Shown here piece after piece: positions 42,031-53,161 of a stretch of 64,000 nt of DNA. Positions within the stretch are counted from its first letter, which is position 1; each line of letters begins with the position of its first letter. The DNA lies in sequence record MZ868638.1. The stretch is one strand, 5' to 3'. The position numbers and the translations under genes were made by a program. The notes below the pieces were generated by a model, which was not told the DNA's origin, did not search any database, and saw only the letters and a list, made by a program, of their open reading frames with translations. This stretch comes from Escherichia phage vB_EcoM-pEK20.

Positions 42031-43520
42031 TTTTAGATATTTTAAACCAAATAGCTGCGATCGGTTCTACTAAAACAAAACAAGAAATCCTTAAGAAAAA
42101 TAAGGACAACAAATTACTTGAACGTGTGTATCGTTTAACATATGCACGTGGTATCCAGTATTATATTAAGAAATGGCCAGGACCAGGTGAAAGGTCTCAA
42201 GCGTATGGTCTTCTTGAATTAGATGACATGTTGGATTTTATTGAGTTCACATTAGCCACTCGTAAACTCACTGGTAATGCTGCAATTAAAGAGCTCATGG
42301 GTTATATCGCTGACGGTAAACCTGATGATGTAGAAGTCCTTCGTCGTGTAATGATGCGCGACCTTGAAGTAGGTGCTTCAGTGTCTATCGCGAATAAGGT
42401 GTGGCCTGGACTTATTCAATTGCAACCACAGATGTTAGCATCTGCATATGATGAGAAATTGATTACTAAAAATATTAAATGGCCAGCATTTGCCCAATTA
42501 AAAGCAGACGGTGCTCGTTGTTTCGCTGAAGTTCGCGATGATGGTGTTCAATTCTTTTCTCGTGCCGGTAACGAATACCATGGTCTTACTCTATTAGCGG
42601 ATGAACTAATGGAAATGACTAAAGAAGCTCGTGAAAGACACCCTAATGGGGTTTTAATCGACGGTGAATTAGTTTATCATTCATTTGATATTAAAAAGGC
42701 TGTGAGCTCAGGAAATGACCTGTCGTTCTTATTTGGTGATAATGAAGAATCCGAAGAAGTACAAGTTGCAGACCGTAGCACTTCAAATGGTTTAGCAAAT
42801 AAATCTCTTCAAGGGACTATTTCTCCTAAAGAAGCGGAAGGTATGGTTCTTCAAGCCTGGGACTATGTTCCTTTAGATGAAGTCTATTCTGATGGCAAAA
42901 TTAAAGGTCAGAAATACGATGTTCGTTTTGCTGCTCTTGAAAATATGGCTGAAGGCTTTAAGCGAATTGAGCCAATTGAAAATCAGTTAGTTCGTAATCT
43001 TGACGAAGCTAAAGTGGTTTATAAAAAATATGTTGACCAAGGTCTTGAAGGTATTATCCTTAAAAACCGTGATTCATACTGGGAAAACAAACGCTCTAAG
43101 AACCTAATTAAATTTAAAGAAGTTATTGATATCGCTTTAGAAGTTGTAGGATACTATGAACACTCTAAAGACCCTAACAAATTAGGTGGTGTCGAACTCG
43201 TATCACGTTGTCGTCGTATTACAACCGATTGTGGTTCAGGGTTTAAAGATACAACTCATAAAACAGTTGACGGTGTAAAGGTTCTTATTCCTTTAGACGA
43301 GCGTCATGATTTGGACCGTGAACGATTAATGGCTGAAGCTCGTGAAGGTAAATTGATTGGACGTATTGCTGATTGTGAATGCAATGGTTGGGTTCATTCT
43401 AAAGGACGTGAAGGCACTGTAGGTATTTTCCTTCCAATTATTAAAGGGTTCCGTTTTGATAAAACAGAAGCGGATTCATTTGAAGACGTATTTGGACCGT
43501 GGTCCCAGACAGGTTTATAA
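42027..43520 (+). CDS. 30: ATP-dependent DNA ligase
   Basis: 497 aa; MILDILNQIAAIGSTKTKQEILKKNKDNKLLERVYRLTY... matches T4 DNA ligase; KADGAR adenylation motif. Confidence 0.95.
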   Translation: MILDILNQIAAIGSTKTKQEILKKNKDNKLLERVYRLTYARGIQYYIKKWPGPGERSQAYGLLELDDMLDFIEFTLATRKLTGNAAIKELMGYIADGKPDDVEVLRRVMMRDLEVGASVSIANKVWPGLIQLQPQMLASAYDEKLITKNIKWPAFAQLKADGARCFAEVRDDGVQFFSRAGNEYHGLTLLADELMEMTKEARERHPNGVLIDGELVYHSFDIKKAVSSGNDLSFLFGDNEESEEVQVADRSTSNGLANKSLQGTISPKEAEGMVLQAWDYVPLDEVYSDGKIKGQKYDVRFAALENMAEGFKRIEPIENQLVRNLDEAKVVYKKYVDQGLEGIILKNRDSYWENKRSKNLIKFKEVIDIALEVVGYYEHSKDPNKLGGVELVSRCRRITTDCGSGFKDTTHKTVDGVKVLIPLDERHDLDRERLMAEAREGKLIGRIADCECNGWVHSKGREGTVGIFLPIIKGFRFDKTEADSFEDVFGPWSQTGL

Positions 43521-43708
43521 TGAAAGCTTATTTAGAAACAGTTATTGTAGCTAAGAAGGATGGTGGAGATGTTTCCACCTCTTGCTCTCAGATTATATTA
43601 GATTTTCCTAATAACGATTCCTATCGTATTTTTATGGGCAATTTTGATAAGTACGAAAAAGGTCCTAATTTTGAAGTTTATCGTACTTTGCTCCCGATTG
43701 TGGATTAA
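43520..43708 (+). CDS. hypothetical protein
   Basis: 62 aa from ATG overlapping ligase stop (TAATG). Confidence 0.45.
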   Translation: MKAYLETVIVAKKDGGDVSTSCSQIILDFPNNDSYRIFMGNFDKYEKGPNFEVYRTLLPIVD

Positions 43709-43728
43709 GAGCCTTCGGGCTCTTTTTG
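43708..43728 (+). terminator. intrinsic terminator
   Basis: AGAGCC-UUCG-GGCUCU plus UUUUU. Confidence 0.75.
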
Positions 43729-43763
43729 GCATAAATATAAATTATTACTAAAAGGAAAACACT

Positions 43764-45851
43764 ATGTCTGAACAATTAAATGAAGTGTTTGAATCTGAAG
43801 GCAGTCTTCCTGTCGTCAATTTGAACCCTAAAGCTAAAGTTCCACAAGTCTGGAAAATTGGTGATATCGATACAAACATCGTAGTTCGTTTATTCTCTTA
43901 CCTTTCTGAAGGCGATGCTGTAAAACAAGTTAAACTTGGCGACAAATATGCTCATGTTGTTATTATGAGTCTGTCTGAAAAGGGTAATCTCGCTGAATTG
44001 AAAAATGGCCTTGGTCCTGCTCCTATTGATGCAATCAACACTATTTTCAATACAGTATATGAACAGGTTAAAGCTCTTCGTATGGATGCAGTTCTGTTCC
44101 GGTTCCCTACCAAGAAATTGAAAGGACGTGGACAACAGCTTCAAACTCTTCTTGCTCGTTTAGTTTCTACTAAAACTGGCGGTCGTTTTAAAGTATTGTC
44201 AGCAATGTATCAATTCACAGGTAAACACACCTATGTGATGATGGTTCGTAAAAATGCCAACATTGAAGATATTAAAGGCATCCCTAACATTAACACAGAG
44301 TTGTACACGAAAGTAGATTCTGATGTTGGCGAAGTTTATGTGAGTAAAAAGACTGGTGAAAAGGTCACTAAAGAAACGTCTATCGCTGGTTCTATTGCTG
44401 CTGTAGAAGAAAAACGTAAAGATAAGCCTGTTATTGCTCGTACTAAAATTTCTCGTCGTGCTATTGCAGCAAGTCAATCTTTAGAAGCTGACCGCCAAGA
44501 AGGTGAGTTATTCCAGAAATATGAAAATTCTGCTAAAGAAGTTAGTGGCCCAGCTACAGCCGAATTACTTCCTGAAGCATATGAAATCGTACTAGCCCAA
44601 GCATCATCCACAGCAAAAGGCACTTTAGTTGCTGATATCGAAAATAAGATTTATAATCGTATTGATGAATCCTTTAAATTTGCTGATGAAGTTTCTTATG
44701 GTAGTGTTATTAAGCCATCTTTAGAAAAGTTTGCTAAGAAAATTAAAACTGAAAAAACAACATCTGTTAAAGCATTAGCTGCTTTTGTTGAAGCTGCAAA
44801 TGAAATTGCAGACTCTATTAAAGACGAATGGTTTGAAGATTTTAGACGTGATAATTTCCAACTGCCTGACGACGTTTTAGCTGAAGTATCTGAAAGAACT
44901 TGGAAACAACGTAAATCAGCGTTCTTGTCTAATGTGATGTATACTTATGCCAGAGAATCGGCTAGAGGCACCTTTAATATAACAATGAATCGGGACCCTA
45001 AACAATACTCTGTTGCTGAAAAACGAGCTATTCGTGAATATGCCTCTTCTGCGTATATCGATATCAATAATATGTTGTTAGGTCGTTATAAACCAGATTT
45101 TTACGATGTTGCAGATGAAGATGAAGTTAAACGCGCTATTGATGGTCTTGATTCGGCGTTTTTAAATGGAGACCGTTTACCTGAAGGACTAACGTTATAT
45201 AGAGCTCAGTCTATCAGAATGCCTATTTACGAAGCAATGGTTAAAAATAAGGTATTCTACTTCAGAAACTATGTTTCCACTTCACTAGCTCCTATTATTT
45301 TCGGTGGGTTTAAAGAGAACGTTGCCCTTGGACTTGCTCCTGAAGAAGTTCGCAAAGAGCTTAACATTGACAATAATGACGAAGGTGTTACTATTTCTCC
45401 GAGTCAAGTAAGAACAGCTATGCATGCACCAGAACAAATCCGTGTTAACGTTGGATGGGCTATTGATGGCGCCCATAAAGTTAACGTGATTTATCCAGGA
45501 CAGTTGAGTAATCACCCTAATGAGCAAGAAATTATTTTGCCTAGAGGCATTCTCTTGCAGATAAATAAAATTACAGATGCGTCATCTGACACTGGTGCAG
45601 GTTTAGAATCCAACCTTAAATTTATTCAAGCTGAAGTCATGTCCTCAGACCAGTTAGATGAAGCTGTCATTTATGATGGTGATGTTCTCATGGAAACAGG
45701 CGAGGTGGTTGCTATGACTGGTGAAATCGAATCAGATGAGCCGGTATCGTTCTCCTCGTTTGTAGAAAAAACTAGTGCTCCTAAAGGATTGAAATTGTTA
45801 GCATCTTTAATGGATTTAGAATCAGTTCCGTTTAAATTTGTCCAAGGATAG
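43764..45851 (+). CDS. alt: Alt ADP-ribosyltransferase (packaged, modifies RNA polymerase alpha)
   Basis: 695 aa (T4 Alt 682 aa); C-terminal half matches T4 Alt as recalled (LYRAQ...FVSTSL...EQEIILPRG ART motifs; ends PFKFVQG). Confidence 0.85.
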   Translation: MSEQLNEVFESEGSLPVVNLNPKAKVPQVWKIGDIDTNIVVRLFSYLSEGDAVKQVKLGDKYAHVVIMSLSEKGNLAELKNGLGPAPIDAINTIFNTVYEQVKALRMDAVLFRFPTKKLKGRGQQLQTLLARLVSTKTGGRFKVLSAMYQFTGKHTYVMMVRKNANIEDIKGIPNINTELYTKVDSDVGEVYVSKKTGEKVTKETSIAGSIAAVEEKRKDKPVIARTKISRRAIAASQSLEADRQEGELFQKYENSAKEVSGPATAELLPEAYEIVLAQASSTAKGTLVADIENKIYNRIDESFKFADEVSYGSVIKPSLEKFAKKIKTEKTTSVKALAAFVEAANEIADSIKDEWFEDFRRDNFQLPDDVLAEVSERTWKQRKSAFLSNVMYTYARESARGTFNITMNRDPKQYSVAEKRAIREYASSAYIDINNMLLGRYKPDFYDVADEDEVKRAIDGLDSAFLNGDRLPEGLTLYRAQSIRMPIYEAMVKNKVFYFRNYVSTSLAPIIFGGFKENVALGLAPEEVRKELNIDNNDEGVTISPSQVRTAMHAPEQIRVNVGWAIDGAHKVNVIYPGQLSNHPNEQEIILPRGILLQINKITDASSDTGAGLESNLKFIQAEVMSSDQLDEAVIYDGDVLMETGEVVAMTGEIESDEPVSFSSFVEKTSAPKGLKLLASLMDLESVPFKFVQG

Positions 45852-45880
45852 TTTACAAACACATGGATGTGTGATACTAT
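45851..45880 (+). promoter_or_regulatory. early promoter
   Basis: GTTTAC, 18-bp spacer, TGaTACTAT. Confidence 0.6.
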
Positions 45881-45909
45881 CATCCCATCAACAACATGAG
45901 GAAAACGTT

Positions 45910-46203
45910 ATGAAATCTATGCTTCGCTTTAATGGTCAAGAACTAGTAGTTGAAGATGCTATCCCAGCGGATGATGTTTTTAACGAAGCTGTGATTGATG
46001 AATTGAATCGAGTATTCCCAGGTGCATTCCATATTGCTATGGAACCTCTTAAAAACTTTCGTGACCCTGAGCACACTGATCAAATTTTTGTCGGTGTAGT
46101 GACAGGTCATTTAGAAACAGAGGTACCAATGGTCGTATTAGTTAAATACTCTAAAGATGATACTCCATTCAGAGCACCAGCATTCCTTTCATTCCGTAAA
46201 TAA
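45910..46203 (+). CDS. hypothetical protein
   Basis: 97 aa from ATG at 45910 with GAGGAAA RBS; the ORF-track start at 45838 lies inside the promoter. Confidence 0.55.
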   Translation: MKSMLRFNGQELVVEDAIPADDVFNEAVIDELNRVFPGAFHIAMEPLKNFRDPEHTDQIFVGVVTGHLETEVPMVVLVKYSKDDTPFRAPAFLSFRK

Positions 46204-46211
46204 ACCCCTAA

Positions 46212-46236
46212 AGGGAGACGTTGTCTCCCTTTTTCT
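46212..46236. terminator. terminator hairpin between convergent genes (45910 ORF and gene 54)
   Basis: AGGGAGAC-GUU-GUCUCCCU followed by UUUUU on + strand. Confidence 0.7.
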
Positions 46237-47198
46237 TATAGTCCTAAAACTCTTGACGTAGAATTCACAACACCTGTCAATGTGTTTATATTAGACACAC
46301 CACCAGCAGTCCCACCTAATCTAGAAAGTCTTGATACTGCACTTCCTAGTCCAGAATCATTCTGATTATTTCCAAACATTCCTGAAACACTACTAATAAG
46401 TCCTGATTCCAGCCATTCTAAAGCAGCCTGTCTATTTACAGCACCTGATTGCATAACGCGATAAGCAAATGTTACGTCAAAAACTGTTATCTGATTATCA
46501 CCATCATACGTTAACTCAGGAGAAGAGACACTAACAGGAATACATCCAGTGAACATGACAGCGGTATGTGGTAAACCATTTCGTGCATGTAAATTAACCT
46601 GAATATCTGCTTCGACGTCTTGTGGTAAAGCACGAAGACCTGTTACAGGGTCTTGGACTGAGTTTACCCAGTCTTGCATTGCTCTAAAGTTAGATGCTTC
46701 GGAATCCATTCTAAAGCTTATTACTAACGGGTCCATTTCACGACCGGTAATTCGGATGTTCGGGGAGTTATAGTTGAAATCCGTTTCATAAGATAATCGG
46801 TTCTCAGGCATTTTTACAGAATAAATCATTAAACCTGTATTATTATATGCCATATTGAAGAAGTCTATCAGATAAGTTCCTACTGTGAACTCACCTAACA
46901 AGCTTTGTACCGTACGTTGACTCATTGCTCCAATCAGATATTTACTTGCACCCGATTTTCGAATTAATTTCTGTGTTCCTGCTGTAATCAGGGTTGTTAC
47001 GCCCTGATTGATATCACCTTGAGACAATCCTAGCCAATCTGAATCCAACCCTAAGTTATTATAAGCAAAACTACCAATTGACGAAATTAGTGAAGATGAT
47101 TTGGTCGATGGGGTAGTAGCAAATACACAACTAAACATATTGTTTCGTTGGAAATCCGCATTTATAGCGTGGTTATTAAATTCTTCTAAAGAGTACAT
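46236..47198 (-). CDS. 54: gp54 baseplate tail tube initiator
   Basis: 320 aa, equal to T4 gp54; synteny 51-27-28-29-48-54. Confidence 0.9.
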   Translation of the reverse strand: MYSLEEFNNHAINADFQRNNMFSCVFATTPSTKSSSLISSIGSFAYNNLGLDSDWLGLSQGDINQGVTTLITAGTQKLIRKSGASKYLIGAMSQRTVQSLLGEFTVGTYLIDFFNMAYNNTGLMIYSVKMPENRLSYETDFNYNSPNIRITGREMDPLVISFRMDSEASNFRAMQDWVNSVQDPVTGLRALPQDVEADIQVNLHARNGLPHTAVMFTGCIPVSVSSPELTYDGDNQITVFDVTFAYRVMQSGAVNRQAALEWLESGLISSVSGMFGNNQNDSGLGSAVSRLSRLGGTAGGVSNINTLTGVVNSTSRVLGL

Positions 47199-48307
47199 TA
47201 GAAAGTCCCCGCATAAAGTGAAGAACGGTTTAATGTAATAATTTCTCGCATTGTTATCTCTAACGTAAATGTTGATGGTAAGTTAGGAGCAACAGCAAGA
47301 CCATTAAATTGTCCATTTGGAGTTTTATCAAAACGTACGCTTTGAATTTGACATGGGCCAAATACGTCAGTTAATCCATCAAATTTAGATGTATAACCAA
47401 AGTTTTTAACCATCCAAATTGTAGGGTTGCTTACAACTAATACATTTGTTAATGACGCAGTAATCTTTTCAAACAATGTCTTATTTTTTACTGCATCGTC
47501 TGGTGTCATAGGCTCAATAAACGTTGAACGGTACCACTCGTCTAAATAACTTTTAATCTCTTGGGCGTACTGTGATTTACCGGTCTCACCGTATGAGAAA
47601 TAGTTAAAATACTGGTAAATGTTTATAATAGCCATAAGGTCTTCAGTTGAACGTGGAGTTAAATCCCATGTAAAGACTTTAGTACGGTTCTCAGCACCAC
47701 CATACATACTACGAGAAGTCGTATAAATCTGCTCGTTATTATCAGCCATAAGCCCTTGAGTAATAGAATCTAATGCACCAAAAACTGCGGTAGAAGCAAT
47801 GTTACTTAAAACACCCGTAGCAGTACCTCCACCTTTAGTAATAAGGCTATCACCGACATCATTAAAACGATGCGAAGTTGTATCAACGTCGGATTTGGAA
47901 CGTGGCAAAAGTATATTAGCAACAGGAGTTTTGTTTATAGTAGACTTATTAGCTCCGGCAGGAAGCAATCCATTTGAGAATTTAGTCACTGCATCTTTCA
48001 CATTATCAGTTAAATCTGATATGATACCATTAGATGAAGTCCCGGCATACGCCGGACGTAAATTCCTGAGGGATCCTGAATCGCGTGCAGACATATTGTA
48101 CGCGGTAAATAATAATCCATTCTTATAAAGGTCTGTTACCTGGAAGTCTCCTGTGGAGTCATTTCCGGCTGCTCTTCCTGTAGGAAATTGAGCAACATAA
48201 GTTTTAGTAGTTGTTTCTGTTTTAGTGCTTTGCCCGGCACTTTCTGAGACTGGGATTGCTTTATTTAAATCCTTTGCATCTACTACTATTTCTTTTACAC
48301 TAATCAT
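47198..48307 (-). CDS. 48: gp48 baseplate tail tube cap
   Basis: 369 aa (T4 364 aa); synteny. Confidence 0.9.
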   Translation of the reverse strand: MISVKEIVVDAKDLNKAIPVSESAGQSTKTETTTKTYVAQFPTGRAAGNDSTGDFQVTDLYKNGLLFTAYNMSARDSGSLRNLRPAYAGTSSNGIISDLTDNVKDAVTKFSNGLLPAGANKSTINKTPVANILLPRSKSDVDTTSHRFNDVGDSLITKGGGTATGVLSNIASTAVFGALDSITQGLMADNNEQIYTTSRSMYGGAENRTKVFTWDLTPRSTEDLMAIINIYQYFNYFSYGETGKSQYAQEIKSYLDEWYRSTFIEPMTPDDAVKNKTLFEKITASLTNVLVVSNPTIWMVKNFGYTSKFDGLTDVFGPCQIQSVRFDKTPNGQFNGLAVAPNLPSTFTLEITMREIITLNRSSLYAGTF

Positions 48308-48315
48308 AATAATCC

Positions 48316-50088
48316 TTAATTAACACCGGTGGCATGGAAAATTCCAGGAGCCGTTGTACTTGTTACAGGGGTCATATTCTGGACTACGGTATTCTTTTTG
48401 ACGACATTATTTGTGTTACTAATCGCCGCTACCGGTTGCTGTTGTTTAGATTCAGAAGCACGTCCTTTCTCTATTGACTGAACTTGTTTTGCTTCTGGAG
48501 ATTTAGACGAAGATTCAGGCTTAACTGTTGTCTGGGCCTTTTTGGCTTCAGCCATTTTATTATTTAGCTTTTCAAATCTAGCATCTATTTCCTTTTTAAC
48601 AACAGGAGTTTTATTAAGTTCAGGGTTTTTAATAAGTTTACTTAAATCAGCATAAGACTTCTCGACGTTTTTAGCATTTTCCGGATTAGTCATATCGATT
48701 TTATCGATATAATCCTCAAATCTAACCAGTGCCGCACGAGTTTCATTAGCTTTTATATACGCCTCTTTACGCTCCTCTTCAGGCAACTCTTTTAATTTTG
48801 CTGATTCCGCAGCACGCTCATCGCTTGTACTAAACTCTTCTTTATTGTCATTACCACGAACCCAGTTAGTAACGAATGTTTTGCCGCGTTGTAACATATC
48901 AAGACCTTTAGAAACGGTTCCTAATTCCCCATCGTCACGTTTCATTTGATATTTAGCGACTTTCTCTTGGTCTTCTTTCTTTAATTTGTTCCCAGTAGTT
49001 TCTTGGAATCCTTCTAAAGCACGTCCTTCTATTTCGTCCGCGGTATCGCCAAAACCTATAGCACGCAATATAGACGCAGAGAGTTTAGCCATTCCTAATT
49101 GAATTAGTTCACCTAAGTTCATTAATGCTGTTCCTACACCTTTGACAATAGCAACGGTTAAACCGCCCCAGTCTCCAGCTTCCCACAATTGTTTTATCGA
49201 GTCAATAGAAGTGAATATATCACTTAAGAATTTACCCCACTCTTTAGCTTCATCGGAGAATTTAGTAAAGTTTTCATCAAATAAATCCCAGGCAGAAGTG
49301 AACTTGTCTGTCCAATATTTGAAATGGACTATCAATAAATCAATACCGATAACAATACCAAGAATAAGTGCGGCCATTTTTGCTGCTTCAATAGCAGCCG
49401 TTATAGTGTATTTGAAAAGCATTCCAGCAATTCTGTCCGAAATTGATATTGATTTATTAAACCCGGCTTGAACTGTTTTGGTGAGCATTGCAATTTTATC
49501 GCTCAATTTAAAGCTAATCCCGCCTTTAGAATCGGAAGTAGAATTAGCGCTTTCTTGAACCGGCGCTGGGAAGAAATCTTCGTCTGGCTTATTATCAATC
49601 TTTTCAGGTGTAGGTAATGCTTTAAACAGCTCATCATAAGTTTCATTCTCAACCACTTTAACAGGTATTGCGTTCTCAATTACTTCAAGAGAGGTGCCTC
49701 CTGTATTTTGAATAGCGGTAGATGTTTGTAATTTTTGCTCTAATAATGTAGCTAATCGGTCTAACTTGGAGCTTATTGCACTAGAAACTTCGTTTATACT
49801 TTTAGTGACTTCAGTTTGTTTTTCAATAACTTCTGCGATAAGCTCTGTGCCTTCAGCAGTATTATCTGTCGAATTCTTTAAGTCTCCAATTGATTCAATA
49901 ATTCCATTGCCTTTATCTTCTACACTTTGTGATGTGAGTTCAGACGCGGCTTGGACATCGTCTAGTTTTGATGAAATATCATTCAATGCTTCTAATGAAT
50001 CAGTAGCTGCTGTTGCAGCTACTTTTTGTGGTTTATTATCGGCAATGACCTTATTTCTACGCATGGATTTCATTTCTTCAGGTTTCAT
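48316..50088 (-). CDS. 29: gp29 baseplate hub / tail length determinant
   Basis: 590 aa, equal to T4 gp29; synteny. Confidence 0.9.
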   Translation of the reverse strand: MKPEEMKSMRRNKVIADNKPQKVAATAATDSLEALNDISSKLDDVQAASELTSQSVEDKGNGIIESIGDLKNSTDNTAEGTELIAEVIEKQTEVTKSINEVSSAISSKLDRLATLLEQKLQTSTAIQNTGGTSLEVIENAIPVKVVENETYDELFKALPTPEKIDNKPDEDFFPAPVQESANSTSDSKGGISFKLSDKIAMLTKTVQAGFNKSISISDRIAGMLFKYTITAAIEAAKMAALILGIVIGIDLLIVHFKYWTDKFTSAWDLFDENFTKFSDEAKEWGKFLSDIFTSIDSIKQLWEAGDWGGLTVAIVKGVGTALMNLGELIQLGMAKLSASILRAIGFGDTADEIEGRALEGFQETTGNKLKKEDQEKVAKYQMKRDDGELGTVSKGLDMLQRGKTFVTNWVRGNDNKEEFSTSDERAAESAKLKELPEEERKEAYIKANETRAALVRFEDYIDKIDMTNPENAKNVEKSYADLSKLIKNPELNKTPVVKKEIDARFEKLNNKMAEAKKAQTTVKPESSSKSPEAKQVQSIEKGRASESKQQQPVAAISNTNNVVKKNTVVQNMTPVTSTTAPGIFHATGVN

Positions 50089-50618
50089 TCAAGCAATCCA
50101 ATAATTTCTGCTATACCCTTAATAGGACCATTAGGGCCTGGAATAGCAATAGTTGTCGAAAGGTCTTCTGCCCATTTGATTACAAAAGCAGGCATCTCAA
50201 GGAAAGAAATTTCTTTCTCTTCGTCATTAACTTTTATTAAGCAATTTGATAGCATTTCACTGATTGTAGCGAATTGTTCAAATTTGCCTGGGGGTCTAAA
50301 ATAAAAAGTATTACCTTGGAATTGGAATTCTGTTCGTTGGCATACATAGACGTCATCTAGTTTATAAGTGAATCCATCTTTTTCAACTTCAGACTTAAGT
50401 TTGTTATTAAATTCCAATATATGTAGACATGCAAAATCAAAATCTGCAGGACTCATATTTTTACAAATAGAATCAGCTAAGATTTTCATGTTTTCATCAG
50501 GACCTTTAACGTCCTTTAAAAGATTATAATGTTTGAGCCCTAATTTAGGAATCATTACCTTTTTATTAGACTGTGGTAGAATTATTTTCTTTAGAGGTAG
50601 AATCAGATTTAAGTTCAT
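50085..50618 (-). CDS. 28: gp28 baseplate hub distal subunit
   Basis: 177 aa as T4 gp28. Confidence 0.88.
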   Translation of the reverse strand: MNLNLILPLKKIILPQSNKKVMIPKLGLKHYNLLKDVKGPDENMKILADSICKNMSPADFDFACLHILEFNNKLKSEVEKDGFTYKLDDVYVCQRTEFQFQGNTFYFRPPGKFEQFATISEMLSNCLIKVNDEEKEISFLEMPAFVIKWAEDLSTTIAIPGPNGPIKGIAEIIGLLE

Positions 50619-51738
50619 TTTTAACCTTAACTGGGTTAACAGGTTCTAACACCATTGAGTTGGTAAACATGTATAGATGAGTTTGTGAGTTGTTATTTGA
50701 TAACTCATGAATAACTTCATCCACGTAAAATTCGGATTTGAATTGGTTCTTTTGGTCAACAAATATAATTTTAGTAGCAGGCGTTATGTTAAAATTACCT
50801 GTAGTAGTGCATTTAGCATATCCGTCATATTGAGCCATTGTCTGAAGACGACTTGCTTCTTCAAATCCATTACGATAGGTCATTTCGGAATATCCACCGG
50901 ATCTTGACACAACAATAGCATTATCGCCATCGCCTGTAACAATAACCGGAATAGATGTATCTAAAAATGAATGAGCGAATATCGTGGCGTTTTTAATAGG
51001 GTCTCTTGTAAATTGGTTAGCTTTAGTCATCCAGGTGAAATCCCATACTAATGGATACTCAAGCTCTTGAATATACTGACCTACAGTATTTGGCTCACCT
51101 ACAACCATCTTAATGCCTTCCTGACCAATAAGAGTATCGTAGTCAATCATGTTTACGCCTAAAATATCTTGCCATACGAATACGAACTTATCACTCGCTG
51201 TAGCAAGTCCTAATTCTCTGACATATGCCAAATAATCATCAAATGTGCTTGTCCAAGGGATATCAGGAACATAAGCATTAATAGTGTTTATTGGCGGAGT
51301 AATTAACGCACGGTCTTTGTATATGACACCTAACATTTCACGTATAGATTCGCCTGCGTCCGGGAAGAATGGTCGCCCAAATTTAAGGTTCTCTATAGAA
51401 TGTATTGTTCCAAGCTCAATTGCAATAATATTGTCACCTTTTGAGTCCACAGACACAGAATAATGTTTGCATCCATAAATTCGAGTTCTAACTTGGAGAG
51501 GCGTGTTTGAATTTGAAACAGAGATTTGAACTATCTGTCTACCGTCCATTTTAGTGTGGATGTTTTTAGTGTCATAAAATTGAAGAATCCCTTCATTTCT
51601 TCCATATAACGAATCTCGCATGGTTAAAGTTGTTATTGTTGCTGCGAGTTCAACGTATCTATTTTCTTGCCAAGCCGAATAATCTTGGTATAATTTAACG
51701 CTTAAGTTAGGATATCCTGGACGTTGGAATACTTTCAT
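50566..51738 (-). CDS. 27: gp27 baseplate hub subunit
   Basis: 390 aa (T4 391 aa); 3' end overlaps gene 28 start by 53 nt. Confidence 0.9.
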   Translation of the reverse strand: MKVFQRPGYPNLSVKLYQDYSAWQENRYVELAATITTLTMRDSLYGRNEGILQFYDTKNIHTKMDGRQIVQISVSNSNTPLQVRTRIYGCKHYSVSVDSKGDNIIAIELGTIHSIENLKFGRPFFPDAGESIREMLGVIYKDRALITPPINTINAYVPDIPWTSTFDDYLAYVRELGLATASDKFVFVWQDILGVNMIDYDTLIGQEGIKMVVGEPNTVGQYIQELEYPLVWDFTWMTKANQFTRDPIKNATIFAHSFLDTSIPVIVTGDGDNAIVVSRSGGYSEMTYRNGFEEASRLQTMAQYDGYAKCTTTGNFNITPATKIIFVDQKNQFKSEFYVDEVIHELSNNNSQTHLYMFTNSMVLEPVNPVKVKNELKSDSTSKENNSTTV

Positions 51739-52487
51739 TTTTTATGGTCCTTTTCTACTAATGTTAAAGCAATACCACGTTCAACAGGAATCATTTGCAT
51801 AATAGAATCCAATGTGTATTGACTCTTTACCAGTGAATGGTTTATCTGATAGAATGTAAAAATCTCATCAGGGTTAACTAACAATTTAAAAACCTCTAAG
51901 ATATCAGTATATGTTTTAACATGTCGTTCACAACAACCTAATCTAAGGGTCAAATTAATAGGGTTCATAGAAGCAATAACCTTCTCGAGCGAGTCAATGT
52001 CTATTGCTTCTATTACTTGGATTTGGTTCTCTTCAGTCAAATCATTCCATGGGTACCATTCATCATTATAATATATTTCTTTTATGTTTTCACTTATCAT
52101 TAATGCTTTATTGTCATAAAACTTTTCAGGGAAAGAAAAACGTATTTTTATACCAGCAACATCAAGTTCAGGTTCGACTAGTTCTTTTTGATATATCTCA
52201 AATGGTGCAGTTTTTTCTTTAGAGCATTTAGGGCAAGTGAAAATAACGGGAACTTTTGTTTTGCCTATAGAGCCTGCAAAAACTTGCAGGAATATAAATG
52301 GTTGCCATGTTTTAGGGTACTCGCCAAAATAATCATCAATCAGATCAGCAATTATTTCTTTTTGTTCTTGTGGCGAACGATGTTCGATATCATTTCTAAC
52401 TAGTAAAAAGTCTCTATAATCCGCCACAGTGAACGGCTTGAAACGATGAACACCATCCGGTAATTTACAACGAATTATATTAGCCAT
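51735..52487 (-). CDS. 51: gp51 baseplate hub assembly catalyst
   Basis: 250 aa (T4 249 aa). Confidence 0.88.
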   Translation of the reverse strand: MANIIRCKLPDGVHRFKPFTVADYRDFLLVRNDIEHRSPQEQKEIIADLIDDYFGEYPKTWQPFIFLQVFAGSIGKTKVPVIFTCPKCSKEKTAPFEIYQKELVEPELDVAGIKIRFSFPEKFYDNKALMISENIKEIYYNDEWYPWNDLTEENQIQVIEAIDIDSLEKVIASMNPINLTLRLGCCERHVKTYTDILEVFKLLVNPDEIFTFYQINHSLVKSQYTLDSIMQMIPVERGIALTLVEKDHKK

Positions 52488-52504
52488 AATTACTCCTTTT
52501 CTAT

Positions 52505-52516
52505 TATTTATAAATA
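52505..52516. promoter_or_regulatory. bidirectional late promoter: palindrome TATTTATAAATA reading TATAAATA on both strands
   Basis: 18 nt upstream of gene 51 (- strand) and 19 nt upstream of gene 26 (+ strand, AAGGAG RBS). Confidence 0.7.
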
Positions 52517-52534
52517 CACAATAAAGGAGTTAAC

Positions 52535-53161
52535 ATGTACAAATATACGTTTACCGTACGTTTAGGCGATAAAGAAGTGAATTGTAGAGCCTTTACTTTA
52601 AAAGAATATTTAGGACTCATAGGTGCGCGGGCTACCGGTACTATTGAATCAGCAGTGAACAATATTATCACTAATTGCTCTAACGCTAAAAACTTGACTA
52701 AACAAGAAGCCGAGCTATTATTGGTAAATCTGTGGGCACATTCGTTAGGTGAAGTGAATCAAGAACACACCTGGAATTGTTCCTGTGGGCATTCATTTCA
52801 AGTCTATATGAATTTATTGCACACTCAATTGGATGAACAGGCCGATCCCTGGTATTCGTTTAGTGGTATTAAAATTAAGTTCCGTCAACCTAAATTATTT
52901 GACGATAAAAATATCGCATTAATGATTGCTTCATGTATTGAGGCCGTTTTTGTCAATGGAGAGTCCATCCCTGTTGAAGATTTAACTGAAGCAGAAATAA
53001 ACGACCTTTACGGCCTTATAACAGAAGATGACATGATCAATATTAAAAATCTTTTAGTATCGCCATCAATTTATCTGGCAACCCCTATTAAATGTCCCAA
53101 ATGTGGGGCGTCACACGTTCACACAATACGAGGCCTCAAAGAATTCTTTGAGTTACTATAA
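52535..53161 (+). CDS. 26: gp26 baseplate hub subunit
   Basis: 208 aa as T4 gp26; divergent from gene 51. Confidence 0.88.
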   Translation: MYKYTFTVRLGDKEVNCRAFTLKEYLGLIGARATGTIESAVNNIITNCSNAKNLTKQEAELLLVNLWAHSLGEVNQEHTWNCSCGHSFQVYMNLLHTQLDEQADPWYSFSGIKIKFRQPKLFDDKNIALMIASCIEAVFVNGESIPVEDLTEAEINDLYGLITEDDMINIKNLLVSPSIYLATPIKCPKCGASHVHTIRGLKEFFELL

